Positions 18,583 to 28,539 are shown, counted from the stretch's first letter. The stretch is DNA of 64,000 nucleotides from Candidatus Anaeroferrophillacea bacterium (GCA_016933675.1 JAFGAM010000006.1:2220-66219), one strand, 5' to 3'. Numbers and translations: made by a program. The notes: generated from the sequence alone by a model not told the origin.

Positions 18583-20352
18583 ATGGCCGTGATTTCCGGC
18601 AGCCACCACACCGCGTTTCTCGAGATGCTCGCCCGGCTGGGATCCGCGCTGCGCCATACCCACGATTATCGGCAGGTATGTGAAACCATCGTCGGCGCGG
18701 TGTCTTCCGGTACCGAGAGCGAGAACTGTTCCCTGTACGTTCTCGACGGTGAACGGCAGACCCTCTTCCTTCGTGCTGCCATGGGCAGCCGGGATGCCGC
18801 GCCGATGTACGTTCCCGATGATTGCGTCGGCCCGAACCGGCAGCCCTTCCGCCTCGGTGAGGGGATTGCCGGCCGGGTGGCGGTCAGCCGCCGCCCCGAG
18901 CTGATCGGCAATGTTACCGCCGATGAAGGTTTCGTCGGCCGGCCGGGGATGGCCGTAGACGTTGCTTCGCTGGTGTGCGTGCCGGTGATCGACGGCGACG
19001 AGCTGATCGGCATCATCAACCTGAGCCATTCCCGGGAACAGGCCTTTGCCGTTGAACAGTTGACCATGCTGGAGGTGGTTGCCGACCAGGCGGCCAAGGC
19101 TCTGCGCAACGCCCGGCTGATCGCCGAACTGCAGCGTGACAACCGTTTCCTCGCGGCGGAGGTTACCGTTGGCGGGCGGCAGTTGGAGGCTTCGGAACGC
19201 CGGTATCGTCTGCTCGTCGAACGGGCGCTGGATGGGATCGTGGTGGTGGACGACGACCGGCTGTCCTACGTGAATCCCTGTTTCCTGCGGATGTGTGACC
19301 GTGAAACCCTGGAGCCCGGAACCCGTTTTTCCTCCCTGGTGACGGTTGACCTGCGCATGTCCGGCAAACTCCCTGCCGGGGAGGGGCTGGAACCCGCTGG
19401 CTCCGATTCCGCGGATGCGGTGGTGCCGGAGGTGCGTTTCCGGGGCCTGCTGCGGCGGGCCGAAGGCCAGCAGATCCCGGTTGAGGTGGCCGGCTGCGCC
19501 GTTTCCGATGCGCCGGGCAGCGCCTGGCAATACCATGTGCACGATATCAGCGGCCGGGTGCGTTTCGAACGGCTGCGGGATTCATTCTTCGCCTACCTGG
19601 TACACGAGATAAAGAATCCCATTACCGTGATCAATAGTTATCTGCAGTCGCTGATGGCCGACCGGCGCCATTTTTCCAAACGCCGGCAGAAGGTCATCGT
19701 GGAGATGGAGCAGGCCGGCAAACGGCTCCTGACCCTGTTGCAGGACATCCTTGCCTATTCGCGGCTCAATTCAGTTCCCGGTGATCTGAAGTTTTCCTGC
19801 CGGCAGATGAATGACGAGATCAACAACGCGGTGGACTACTTTTCCCCCCTGATAACGGAAAAGAAGGTTGCCGTCGAGCGCCGGCTGCATCCGGACCTGC
19901 CGCCCTTCGAGTTTGACCGCGAGCAGCTCAGCCGGGTCATCGTCAACCTGATGGACAATGCCTTGAAGTTCTGCAATCCCGGCGGCCGGATTGTCTGGAG
20001 CAGCGCGGTGTGCGCCGCCACCGAGCTGCCGACGTTCATTCCGGCGCTGGGCCGGGCGGCGCCGGCGGTGCCGGGAGCGGGCGCCGCGGATGACGGCCGC
20101 TGGGTGGTGGTCAGTATTGCGGACGACGGTACCGGGTTGCCGGCCGAGCATCCGGAAATCGTTTTCGACGAGTTCTATACCAGCCGGCGCGGCCGGGGCA
20201 GCGGCCTGGGGCTTTCCATCTGCCGCAAGATCGTTGTCGGTCATGGCGGCGAGATATACGCCGAACCGCTGACGCCGGGCAGCCGGTTTACCTTCGTCCT
20301 GCCCTGTCGACGGTGTCCTCAAACCGTCGCCGGCGGGAGTGAGACAGCATGA
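18583..20352 (+). CDS. GAF-PAS sensor histidine kinase
   Basis: H-box FFAYLVHEIKNP, N-box DNALKF, and G-boxes DDGTGL and GSGLGLSI. The N-terminus is GAF-like with a PAS-like middle segment. Confidence 0.85.
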   Translation: MAVISGSHHTAFLEMLARLGSALRHTHDYRQVCETIVGAVSSGTESENCSLYVLDGERQTLFLRAAMGSRDAAPMYVPDDCVGPNRQPFRLGEGIAGRVAVSRRPELIGNVTADEGFVGRPGMAVDVASLVCVPVIDGDELIGIINLSHSREQAFAVEQLTMLEVVADQAAKALRNARLIAELQRDNRFLAAEVTVGGRQLEASERRYRLLVERALDGIVVVDDDRLSYVNPCFLRMCDRETLEPGTRFSSLVTVDLRMSGKLPAGEGLEPAGSDSADAVVPEVRFRGLLRRAEGQQIPVEVAGCAVSDAPGSAWQYHVHDISGRVRFERLRDSFFAYLVHEIKNPITVINSYLQSLMADRRHFSKRRQKVIVEMEQAGKRLLTLLQDILAYSRLNSVPGDLKFSCRQMNDEINNAVDYFSPLITEKKVAVERRLHPDLPPFEFDREQLSRVIVNLMDNALKFCNPGGRIVWSSAVCAATELPTFIPALGRAAPAVPGAGAADDGRWVVVSIADDGTGLPAEHPEIVFDEFYTSRRGRGSGLGLSICRKIVVGHGGEIYAEPLTPGSRFTFVLPCRRCPQTVAGGSETA

Positions 20353-21794
20353 GCGCAATCGAGAAAAACAGACTCCTGGTGGTCGATGACGAGGAGATTC
20401 TCTGCTCCTGCCTGGCAACGGTGTTCGAGGGCAGCGGGTATCGCGTGGAAACCGCCAGCGACGCCGAGACCGCGTGGAATATGGTGCTGCGGGAATCCTA
20501 TGACCTGGTGTTGCTCGACATCATGCTGCCGGGAATGGACGGCATCACCCTGCTGAAACGCATCCGTGAACACGACCCGCGGCTGCCGGTGGTCATGCTG
20601 TCGGCCATCGATCGTTCCGATACGGTGGTCGAGGCGATGCGCGGCGGCGCTTGGGATTATGTCCGCAAGCCCTTCGATAATGCCGAACTGCTGCTGACCA
20701 TTGCCAACGTGCTGGAAGAAAAGCGGCTCAAGGAGGAGCAGCGGAATCTTGCCACCCTGCTGCCCAACCGGGGCCTCCGGCAGATCATTTCCAGGAGCCC
20801 GCAGATGAAGCGGGTCAAGGAGATCATCGACCAGATTGCCGATACCGACGTCACCGTCCTGGTGCACGGCGAGACCGGCGTCGGTAAGGAGCTGGTGGCC
20901 AACCGGATCCACTACCTGTCGCCGCGGCGCGATGAGCCCTTCATCAAGATCAACTGCGCCGCTCTGCCGGAGAACCTGCTCGAAAGTGAACTCTTCGGTT
21001 ACGAGCGCGGCGCCTTCACCGGTGCCCTGCGCAGTAAGAGCGGTAAGTTCGAGCAGGCCGGCGCCGGGACCATCTTTCTCGACGAGATCGGTGAGATGGG
21101 CCTGCCGCTGCAGAGCAAGCTGCTGCAGGTCCTGCAGGACAAGGTCTGCAGCCGCCTCGGCGGCACCAAGGAGATTCCCATCCACTGCCGGGTGCTGACC
21201 GCCACCAACCGCAACCTCGACGAGGAGATCCAGCACGGCCGGTTCCGTGCCGATCTTTATTACCGGTTGAACGTGGTTAATATCTACGTGCCCTCCCTGG
21301 CCGAACGCAAGGATGACATCCATCCCCTGGTGGATCATTTCCTCCGGGTCTACAACAGCCGCTATTCCCGCCGGCGGAAGATCTCCTACCGGACGGTCGA
21401 GGAACTGGTGCATTACGATTGGCCGGGAAACATCCGCGAACTGGAAAACTGGGTTCGCCGCTATGTCATTCTCGGCAGCAAGGCGGCGTGGACCAGGGCC
21501 GCCGGCGGCACCGGCGCCGCCGGCGAGTCGACGGCACCGGACGTGTCCGGGCTGAACCGCGACGAGGCGGTCGATATTGAGCTGCTGCTGGCCCAGCATG
21601 AGGTGTTGCCGCTGAAGCCGGTGGTCCGGAGGATGGTCGTCGCCGAGGAGCGTCAGTATCTGCTGCGGATGCTGGAACGGGTCAACTACAACAAGAAGAA
21701 GGCCGCCCGGATGCTGCGGATCAGCTACAAGGCACTCCTCTACAAGCTCAAGGAATGCAACCTCGACAAGGTGAAACTGGGGGGCAGTGCATGA
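20349..21794 (+). CDS. sigma54-dependent response regulator (NtrC family), copy 1
   Basis: Receiver (LLVVDDE...LLDIMLPGMDG), AAA+ GETGVGKE, GAFTGA, and a C-terminal Fis-type HTH. ATGA overlap with the kinase. Confidence 0.9.
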   Translation: MSAIEKNRLLVVDDEEILCSCLATVFEGSGYRVETASDAETAWNMVLRESYDLVLLDIMLPGMDGITLLKRIREHDPRLPVVMLSAIDRSDTVVEAMRGGAWDYVRKPFDNAELLLTIANVLEEKRLKEEQRNLATLLPNRGLRQIISRSPQMKRVKEIIDQIADTDVTVLVHGETGVGKELVANRIHYLSPRRDEPFIKINCAALPENLLESELFGYERGAFTGALRSKSGKFEQAGAGTIFLDEIGEMGLPLQSKLLQVLQDKVCSRLGGTKEIPIHCRVLTATNRNLDEEIQHGRFRADLYYRLNVVNIYVPSLAERKDDIHPLVDHFLRVYNSRYSRRRKISYRTVEELVHYDWPGNIRELENWVRRYVILGSKAAWTRAAGGTGAAGESTAPDVSGLNRDEAVDIELLLAQHEVLPLKPVVRRMVVAEERQYLLRMLERVNYNKKKAARMLRISYKALLYKLKECNLDKVKLGGSA

Positions 21795-23254
21795 CCGTCA
21801 ATCCCGTTTCCGTTCTGCTGCTGGTCGACGATCCGGTGATCCAGGGCCTGGTCGAGACCATTATCGCCCGGCCCGAATACCAGGTTACCCCGTTTCGCGA
21901 CGTCGGCGATGCCCTTTCCCGTTTCCGTGCCGTGCCGCCGGATGTGGCCATCATCGATACCGCCACCCGCTTCGGCGGCGGTGCCGAGGTGATCGATTCG
22001 TTTCGGGTCCTGTCCCGCCGGGTGCCGATCATTGCCCTCTCGGTCAGTGACGCGGTGGATATCGTGGTGCAGTCCATGAAGGCCGGGGCCGACGACTTTA
22101 TCAGCAAGCCCTTCGATGCCAATGATCTCAGGGTGCGCCTGGCCAAGGTGCTCGAACGTGCCGACCTCGCCCGGGACGTGGACCGCAAACGGGGGCGTCT
22201 CAAGGAGCACGATCTCTACGACGTGGTCTTCGGCTGTTCCCGGAAGATGGCCGGTATCCGTTCCATCGTCGATCAGATCGCCGATACCGACGTTCCGGTG
22301 TTGCTGCGCGGCGAAAGCGGCACCGGCAAGGATCTGGTCGCCCGGGTGCTCTACGCCCAGTCGCCGCGGGCCGAGGCGTCCTTCGTCAAGGTCAACTGCG
22401 CCGCCATTCCGCTGAACCTGGTGGAAAGCGAGCTGTTTGGCTACGAGAAGGGGGCCTTCACCGGCGCGGTCGACCGCAAGGTCGGCAAGTTCGAACTCGC
22501 CAACGGCGGGACCATCTACCTGGACGAGATCGGTGAGATCGCCCCGGTACTCCAGTCCAAGCTGCTGCAGGTGCTGCAGGATGGCAGCTTTTCGCCGCTC
22601 GGTTCACACCGCGACGTGCAGGTCAACATGCGGGTGATCTCGGCGACCAACCTGGAACTGGAGCGGGCGGTGGAAGATGGCCGCTTCCGCGAGGATCTCT
22701 ACTATCGGCTCAAGGTGGTCGAAATCTTCCTGCCGCCGCTCAGGGACCGGCTGGAGGATATCCCCCACATCGCCGACTATTTTCTCCAGCAGTTCGCCAA
22801 TCAGTACAATCGGCGCTCCATGGCTTTGTCGAAGAAGCTCCTGCAGATGATGCTGGCTTACCACTGGCCAGGCAATATCCGGGAACTGGAAAACCTGGTA
22901 AAACGGATCGTCATCTTCGGTGACGAGGCCCCCGCTATCGCCGAGATCGGCGCCAAGAAGAAGGCCGGCCGCAGCGGCAACCTGCTGCATGTCGGGGACG
23001 GCGATGAGGTTATGGACCTGAAGGCGTTCGAGAAGCGCGTCGCTCTTCAGGCGGAGCGGCTGATTATCGAAAAGGTTCTTGCCCGCCACGGTTGGAACCG
23101 AGTGCAGACGGCGAAATATCTCGACGTCAGTTACAAGACCTTGCTGACCAAGATCAAGGACTGCGGTCTCCATCCCGGCCACGCGGGTGCCGATCCGGGC
23201 TTTCGCGATGCCAGCTCCCCGCCCAGGCGGGCCGCCGGCGACGGGCTGCAGTGA
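21791..23254 (+). CDS. sigma54-dependent response regulator (NtrC family), copy 2
   Basis: Receiver-like N-terminus, GESGTGKD, GAFTGA, and an HTH. Start at the ATG at 21791 gives an ATGA overlap with copy 1. Confidence 0.9.
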   Translation: MTVNPVSVLLLVDDPVIQGLVETIIARPEYQVTPFRDVGDALSRFRAVPPDVAIIDTATRFGGGAEVIDSFRVLSRRVPIIALSVSDAVDIVVQSMKAGADDFISKPFDANDLRVRLAKVLERADLARDVDRKRGRLKEHDLYDVVFGCSRKMAGIRSIVDQIADTDVPVLLRGESGTGKDLVARVLYAQSPRAEASFVKVNCAAIPLNLVESELFGYEKGAFTGAVDRKVGKFELANGGTIYLDEIGEIAPVLQSKLLQVLQDGSFSPLGSHRDVQVNMRVISATNLELERAVEDGRFREDLYYRLKVVEIFLPPLRDRLEDIPHIADYFLQQFANQYNRRSMALSKKLLQMMLAYHWPGNIRELENLVKRIVIFGDEAPAIAEIGAKKKAGRSGNLLHVGDGDEVMDLKAFEKRVALQAERLIIEKVLARHGWNRVQTAKYLDVSYKTLLTKIKDCGLHPGHAGADPGFRDASSPPRRAAGDGLQ

Positions 23255-23295
23255 GCCGCCGGCCCGTACCGCCGGCCGGGTGAAACGACCGTTTC

Positions 23296-23988
23296 GTGAT
23301 TCCCCTCAAGGATACCGTTCCCACCCGTACCACGCCGTGGGTCAACTACGTGCTCATCGGCCTCAACTGCCTGCTGTTTATCTATGAGTTGGGCTGGGGG
23401 CCGCAGTTGCCCCGGTTTCTGCACCGGGTCGGCCTTGTGCCGCGGCTGGTGGTCGCCGGCGGCGGCGATGGTATCGGCGGGATTCTGTCCGCCTGGCTGC
23501 CGTTTTTCAGCCACATGTTCTTTCATGGCGGCTGGCTCCACCTGCTTGGCAACATGCTCTACCTGTGGATCTTCGGTGACAACGTCGAGGACCGGCTGGG
23601 GCATGGTGCCTACGTCTTCTTCTACCTCTGGTGCGGTCTTGTCGCCGCCGGCGTGCATGTTGCCACCAATCCCCATTCCATGGTGCCGACCATCGGTGCC
23701 AGCGGTGCCGTCGCCGGCGTGATGGGGGCTTACTTTCTGCTTTATCCCCGGGCCCGGGTGGTTACCCTGGTGCCGATTATCTTCTTCTTTACCATTATCG
23801 AACTGCCGGCGTTCTTCTTTCTCGGGATCTGGTTCCTCATGCAGCTGCTGCAGGGGATGACGAGTCTGGCGGGACCCCGGCAGATCTACGGCGGCATCGC
23901 CTGGTGGGCGCATATCGGCGGCTTTGTCTGCGGGCAGTTGCTGGTGACGGGGATGCTGCGGCGGCACCGGCACTCGTCCGGTCGCTGA
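23296..23988 (+). CDS. rhomboid-family intramembrane serine protease
   Basis: GASGAVAG catalytic Ser motif, WWAHIGGF catalytic His, six hydrophobic helices, and a GTG start. Confidence 0.85.
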   Translation: MIPLKDTVPTRTTPWVNYVLIGLNCLLFIYELGWGPQLPRFLHRVGLVPRLVVAGGGDGIGGILSAWLPFFSHMFFHGGWLHLLGNMLYLWIFGDNVEDRLGHGAYVFFYLWCGLVAAGVHVATNPHSMVPTIGASGAVAGVMGAYFLLYPRARVVTLVPIIFFFTIIELPAFFFLGIWFLMQLLQGMTSLAGPRQIYGGIAWWAHIGGFVCGQLLVTGMLRRHRHSSGR

Positions 23989-24052
23989 TGCGGGCCGGAG
24001 ATTTGTGGGGGTCGCCGCCGAAGGGCAGGCGGGTGGACGGAGAGGGGAGGGT

Positions 24053-25084
24053 TCAGCCCGGAAGTTCGCCGTCGGCCATGGCCGGTTTTTCCGGTAATGG
24101 CGTCGGTTTTCCCGGTAATGGCGGCGGTTTTTCTTCCCGCCGGATGATGGTGTTTACCAGGCTGTAGAACTCCGGCGCCGATACGCTCCCGGAATTGGTT
24201 ATGAAGGCCGGACTCATGCGGTTCACGCAGTCGTCGATCTGCGGGTCGAAGGGGATGCTGCCCAGGGTCGTCACCTGTTTCAGCCCCAGATACTTCTGGC
24301 AGACGGTACGGATGATATCGGCGCTCCGGCGGTCCTTCGGCCGGCGAATCATGCTGTTGATGATGAAGAGATTGAAGGTGTCGAGGATCTCCTGTAGCCG
24401 GTCGGAATAGACCCGGTCGACGTCGGCAAAATGTTTCACCAGGTCGTCGAGGGTGGCGATGGGATTGTCGGTATTGGGATCCGAGGAGCGTCGGATCAGG
24501 GGGGTGAGCCGGGTATTGCGGCTGAATTCGCGGTTGATGGCGCGATACAGGGCACTCTTGATGAAGCCGTAGCCGTTCTGCAGGGAGGTGGGTTGGGGGG
24601 AGATCACCGCGATCTTATAGGTACAGAGAAGAAAGAAGTCGAGGGTGTTGAAATCGGTGCCGGCACCGAGGTCGAGAATCATGTGCTCGACATCCAGTTC
24701 CTCCAGTGCCCGCATGAGCCTGACCTTGCGCGCGTATTGCGGATTCGCCAGGCCGACGATGTCGCTGGCGCCGCAGATCAGCCGCAGGCCGGGAATCGGG
24801 GTGTCGATGGCGATCTTGTCGAGGCTCGAGATCTTCCGGTCGAGGTAGTCGGCCAGGGTATGGTGGACGAACTTGATGCCCAGCAGGGTGTGGAGGTTGG
24901 CGCCGCCCAGGTCGGCATCCACTAAAACCACCCGGTGTCCGAGCCGGGCGATCCAGTAGGCCAGATTGAGGGCAACGATGCTTTTGCCCACCCCGCCCTT
25001 GCCGCCGCCGACGGCCCAGAGCCGGGGGCCGCGGCCGACCGGTTTCATATCCGCTTGCCGGGGTTTAAGCTGAACGGGATTCAT
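24053..25084 (-). CDS. ParA/MinD-family P-loop ATPase with C-terminal extension
   Basis: Deviant Walker A GGGKGGVGKS and a VLVDADLGGANL motif. Start at the ATG at 25084 gives an ATGA overlap with the PilZ gene. Confidence 0.8.
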   Translation of the reverse strand: MNPVQLKPRQADMKPVGRGPRLWAVGGGKGGVGKSIVALNLAYWIARLGHRVVLVDADLGGANLHTLLGIKFVHHTLADYLDRKISSLDKIAIDTPIPGLRLICGASDIVGLANPQYARKVRLMRALEELDVEHMILDLGAGTDFNTLDFFLLCTYKIAVISPQPTSLQNGYGFIKSALYRAINREFSRNTRLTPLIRRSSDPNTDNPIATLDDLVKHFADVDRVYSDRLQEILDTFNLFIINSMIRRPKDRRSADIIRTVCQKYLGLKQVTTLGSIPFDPQIDDCVNRMSPAFITNSGSVSAPEFYSLVNTIIRREEKPPPLPGKPTPLPEKPAMADGELPG

Positions 25085-25515
25085 GGCCGCATCTCTTTGT
25101 TCCACAGGTCCCACAGCAGATTGTGGTCGCCCTGGGTGGCGGCCAGGTAGTTTTCCAGATATCGCCGGTCGGTGGAGGACATGTTGGTGAACCTGATACC
25201 CAGGGTGAACAGGGTATCCGATCCCTCTCGGCTGCTCCGGGACCACTGGATGTTTCCGGGGGTGGAGATCAGGCAGTCGAAGCGGGGCAGGGAAAAGGTC
25301 AGTTTTACCTGCTGCTCCTGCAGGTTGATGCCGTACAGCCGCCCGTACTTCTCCCGCAGCGTGAGCCGGACGCCGCCGAGGGAAATGTCCTCAACGTAAC
25401 CGGAGAAACTGTCGTGGCGGGCGAGAGACGTCGACGCGCCGATGATGCCGAATGTTACGGCCAGCGGTTTGTCGAGCCGTTTGTGTGCCCTTCTGTCCTG
25501 CGCGGTATTCTGCAT
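25081..25515 (-). CDS. PilZ domain protein
   Basis: RRAHKR (RxxxR) and DISLGG (D/NxSxxG) c-di-GMP-binding motifs. Confidence 0.8.
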   Translation of the reverse strand: MQNTAQDRRAHKRLDKPLAVTFGIIGASTSLARHDSFSGYVEDISLGGVRLTLREKYGRLYGINLQEQQVKLTFSLPRFDCLISTPGNIQWSRSSREGSDTLFTLGIRFTNMSSTDRRYLENYLAATQGDHNLLWDLWNKEMRP

Positions 25516-25564
25516 ACCCTACAATTTCGACGCCGGGTGGAAAAACTTGAGTGATAATGGACGG

Positions 25565-26839
25565 TCAATCCCAGGTGGCGCGAAAGAGATCGATGCACTT
25601 GTCCATGCCGCGCAGGGGTTCGGCGGTGCGGAACGGTTTCCAGACGACCCGGCCGTCATCATCCTCTCCGGCGGCATTCCGCCCGGCGGCATCCTCCCCG
25701 GCAGAATCATGCCCGGCGTCGGCGGCGGTGATCATTTCCCGGCTGGCGATGATCGACTGTGGCGGTGCCAGGGAAACCAGCCGGTGGCAGGTATTCACCG
25801 GATCGCCGATCACGGTGTAGGTCAGCAGCTCGTCGGTGCCCAGGCGGCCGGCGATTACCGGGCCCCAGTGCAGGGCGACGGCGATTTCCGGGTGGGGGTT
25901 GCCGCCGGCGGCCGTCGGCTCCAAAGCCGGTGGCGGCTTTACCGATTGCCACTGCCGTTGCAGGGAGACCGCCGCGGCGATCGCCCGGGCAAGATCGTCC
26001 GGACGCTGCACCGGGGCGCCGAAAACCGCCAGCAGGCCGTCGCCGGCGAATTTGTCGATGGTCCCGTGGTGGGCGAAGATGACCTCCGTGGCCAGCCGGT
26101 AGAAGCGGTTGAGCAGGGCCACCGCGTCATTCTCCCCTCGCTGTTCCACCAGCCGGGAGAAGCCGCGGATGTCGGCGCAGAGGATGGCGACCGTGAGTCG
26201 GCGGCCTGAGAGATCCACCCCGGGCTGTTCGCCGGCTTCGATTGCCGCGGCGATATCGGTGGAGAAATAGCGCCGAAGTTCGAGCCGCCGCCGGTTTTCG
26301 CGCTCGCGTTCGCCCGCCAGACGTTGTAGCAGGATGGCGTTTTGGAGCTGTTGCCGCAGCAGGGCGGCGAAGCGTTCCCGGGCGGGAGTGAAGAAGTCCG
26401 CCCGGCGGTGGCCGATGACCAGCGTCCCCGCCGGGCGGCCGGCAGCCTCGACGGGGTAGTGCCGGCAGCAGCAAGAAGGGCCGCCGTAGGTGGTGGGCGA
26501 GGCCGGCATGCCTTCGGTTGCAGACGGTGGCGGAACGGCGGCGTCGGGGATCGGGATGCCGGGGGCGGCGGTGATGGCGAACGGCGGATCGTCGGCATCG
26601 GGTGCCGCCGGCGGCATCCAGACGACCAGGTCGGCTTGCAGGTGCAGCAGCACAAGGTTCAGCAGTCTCTGCATCAGGGCGGCCGGATCATCGGCGAAGC
26701 CCCGGGCGAGTTCTTCCTGGAGGGCACAGACGGCGGACAGCTCGGCCACCCGCTCCGACACCTCCCGGTGCAGTCGGGTGAATTCCCGGTTCAGCAGGGA
26801 CTGCCGCTGGTCATGCTCAATGTGGCTCAGGGTTGTCAT
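25565..26839 (-). CDS. class III adenylate/guanylate cyclase with N-terminal GAF-like sensor region
   Basis: VAILCADIRGFS...TIDKFAGDGLLAVFGAP...TVIGDPVN cyclase homology domain. GGAGG RBS. Confidence 0.85.
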   Translation of the reverse strand: MTTLSHIEHDQRQSLLNREFTRLHREVSERVAELSAVCALQEELARGFADDPAALMQRLLNLVLLHLQADLVVWMPPAAPDADDPPFAITAAPGIPIPDAAVPPPSATEGMPASPTTYGGPSCCCRHYPVEAAGRPAGTLVIGHRRADFFTPARERFAALLRQQLQNAILLQRLAGERERENRRRLELRRYFSTDIAAAIEAGEQPGVDLSGRRLTVAILCADIRGFSRLVEQRGENDAVALLNRFYRLATEVIFAHHGTIDKFAGDGLLAVFGAPVQRPDDLARAIAAAVSLQRQWQSVKPPPALEPTAAGGNPHPEIAVALHWGPVIAGRLGTDELLTYTVIGDPVNTCHRLVSLAPPQSIIASREMITAADAGHDSAGEDAAGRNAAGEDDDGRVVWKPFRTAEPLRGMDKCIDLFRATWD

Positions 26840-27746
26840 GGGGTATCCTCCCCGGTGACGGGGCCTGCCCCGGCAGCTCTTTGAGCTGATCGATGCCGGG
26901 CCGCAGTTCTTCCTGCCAGAGCTTCAGCCGGTCGCGGGAGATGTGCGGCCAGGTCCGCTGCAGGTGCGTCCAGACGGCAGAGGGAAGTCGCGGTGGGGGC
27001 GCTCCGGGGATGGCCGGATAACCGGCGCGAGCGGCGATGATATCGGCCAGACGGATGAGGCCGGTCAGGGGGAACCCGCACGGTTCAGGCAGCAGTGCGT
27101 GGTGGGTGCCCATGGGAGCGGTCAATGATTCCGGCAGGTGCCAGTAGGTTCCCGCCAGGCTGCCGGCGGTGGGGTGATCGATGCCCAGCAGCTCGTGCTC
27201 CAGGATGAGGGGTGATTGTTGCCGTTGAACACTGCCTGCCATGATCCGGCGGTAGGTTTCCGGTTGCCAGGCGTACAGCAGCAGGCGGCCGAGATCGTGG
27301 AGCAGGCCGCCGGTGAAGATGGTGGAGCGTTCTCGCAGGGCGAGTTTTTCCGCCATGAAAAGGGCCAGATTGGCGGTGGCGAGCGAATGGTCGCGAAAAT
27401 GACGGTAGAAGGTGTCGTCGCTGTCCGGCAGCATGATGCCGATAAAAGCCAGCCCGACGGCGAGGTTGACCACCTCGCCGAAGCCGATGAGCACAATGGC
27501 GTGGCGGATGGATGATATCTCTCCGGAAAACCCGTAATAGGCCGCGTTGACGGTCTTGAGTATCCGGGCCGAAAGGGCGGCGTCGCCGGTGACCAGGCGG
27601 GCCAGCCGGTCGGCATTGGTGTCGGGATCCTGCCCGCAGGCGATAACCTCCTGCAGGACGCTGGAAAGCCGGGGCAGGGGGTTGTCGGCGGCGAGAAAAT
27701 CGCGGAATCCGGAAGCGGCGGCGGTGGTGGAGAAGTTTGCTCTCAT
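26817..27746 (-). CDS. HDOD domain signalling protein
   Basis: LARLVTGDAALSARILKTVNAAYYG...IRHAIVLIGF...GLLHDLG pattern typical of HDOD. Overlaps the cyclase gene by 23 nt. Confidence 0.8.
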   Translation of the reverse strand: MRANFSTTAAASGFRDFLAADNPLPRLSSVLQEVIACGQDPDTNADRLARLVTGDAALSARILKTVNAAYYGFSGEISSIRHAIVLIGFGEVVNLAVGLAFIGIMLPDSDDTFYRHFRDHSLATANLALFMAEKLALRERSTIFTGGLLHDLGRLLLYAWQPETYRRIMAGSVQRQQSPLILEHELLGIDHPTAGSLAGTYWHLPESLTAPMGTHHALLPEPCGFPLTGLIRLADIIAARAGYPAIPGAPPPRLPSAVWTHLQRTWPHISRDRLKLWQEELRPGIDQLKELPGQAPSPGRIPHDNPEPH

Positions 27747-27870
27747 GGCTGTTTCTTCGGCAGCGAGGCGTTGTTTTTGAACCGTTTTTTCGGGCCGGGG
27801 GACCTTCGTTGCTGATTATCTTCCGGCCCGGCCAGCTGGCAGGACGCACGTAATCGCTTCCTTGATAGCT

Positions 27871-28008
27871 TCGTAACCGCTCCATCTTCATCGGTACGCT
27901 GCCGGCTGAGTCATGGCGGCGTAGTCCGGGCGGGTTTCAAAGCCGCCCCGCCATGGATGCCTTCCTCGGCTTTGGTGCGCCGTGATTCTGGAGCCGTTAC
28001 CGTGCCGC
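27871..28008 (+). repeat. intergenic mosaic repeat, full copy (R7)
   Basis: TCGTAACCGCTCCATCTTCATCGG...CCATGGATGCCTTCCTCGGCTTTGGTGCGCCGTGATTCTGGAGCCGTTACCGTGCC. The terminal inverted repeat is visible. Confidence 0.75.
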
Positions 28009-28198
28009 CCCATTTCGGTGTATTTCGGCAGTTGTTGTGGTTCCCTCAACCTGGTGATTGTATTTTCTTGCGGATGATGGTAACGTTTCAAGATGACATG
28101 ATTTTTATGCTCTCTCCCGAGCCGGGGGCGAGCGGGTGAGCCGTCCGGTGCGGGTGGAGGAGATGTGCGTCTGCCGGTGCCGGGTGGCGCGAAAACGC

Positions 28199-28411
28199 AT
28201 GGGTCTGTTCCGCTTCCTGGTTGAAGGCGCTGACGGATTGATGACCGTTACCACGGATGCCGCCGCCGGGGTGCTGCTCTGCCTGATTCCCCGGAGCCGG
28301 TGGCCGGCGGCGGCGGCGGTTCTCCGGCGTCTGGCTGCCGACGGCGTGATCGATGTCGTCGACTGGCCGGCGGGGGACGTTCCTGAGCGGGCGGCCGGCG
28401 GCCCGGCGTGA
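28199..28411 (+). CDS. small hypothetical protein (70 aa)
   Basis: GC3-rich codon usage like the neighbouring genes. No family recognised, and the start is uncertain (GTG at 28136 is also possible). Confidence 0.3.
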   Translation: MGLFRFLVEGADGLMTVTTDAAAGVLLCLIPRSRWPAAAAVLRRLAADGVIDVVDWPAGDVPERAAGGPA

Positions 28412-28539
28412 CTCATGATGATGCGCCGGGGCGAACGGATTGTTGCCGGTGTGGGAATATGACCGTGCCGGCATTAATGGTTCGCACCGGCGGCGGGCGT
28501 AGGGGCGGTCCCCCCGTGGCCGCCCTGAAGGGGGAGGAT

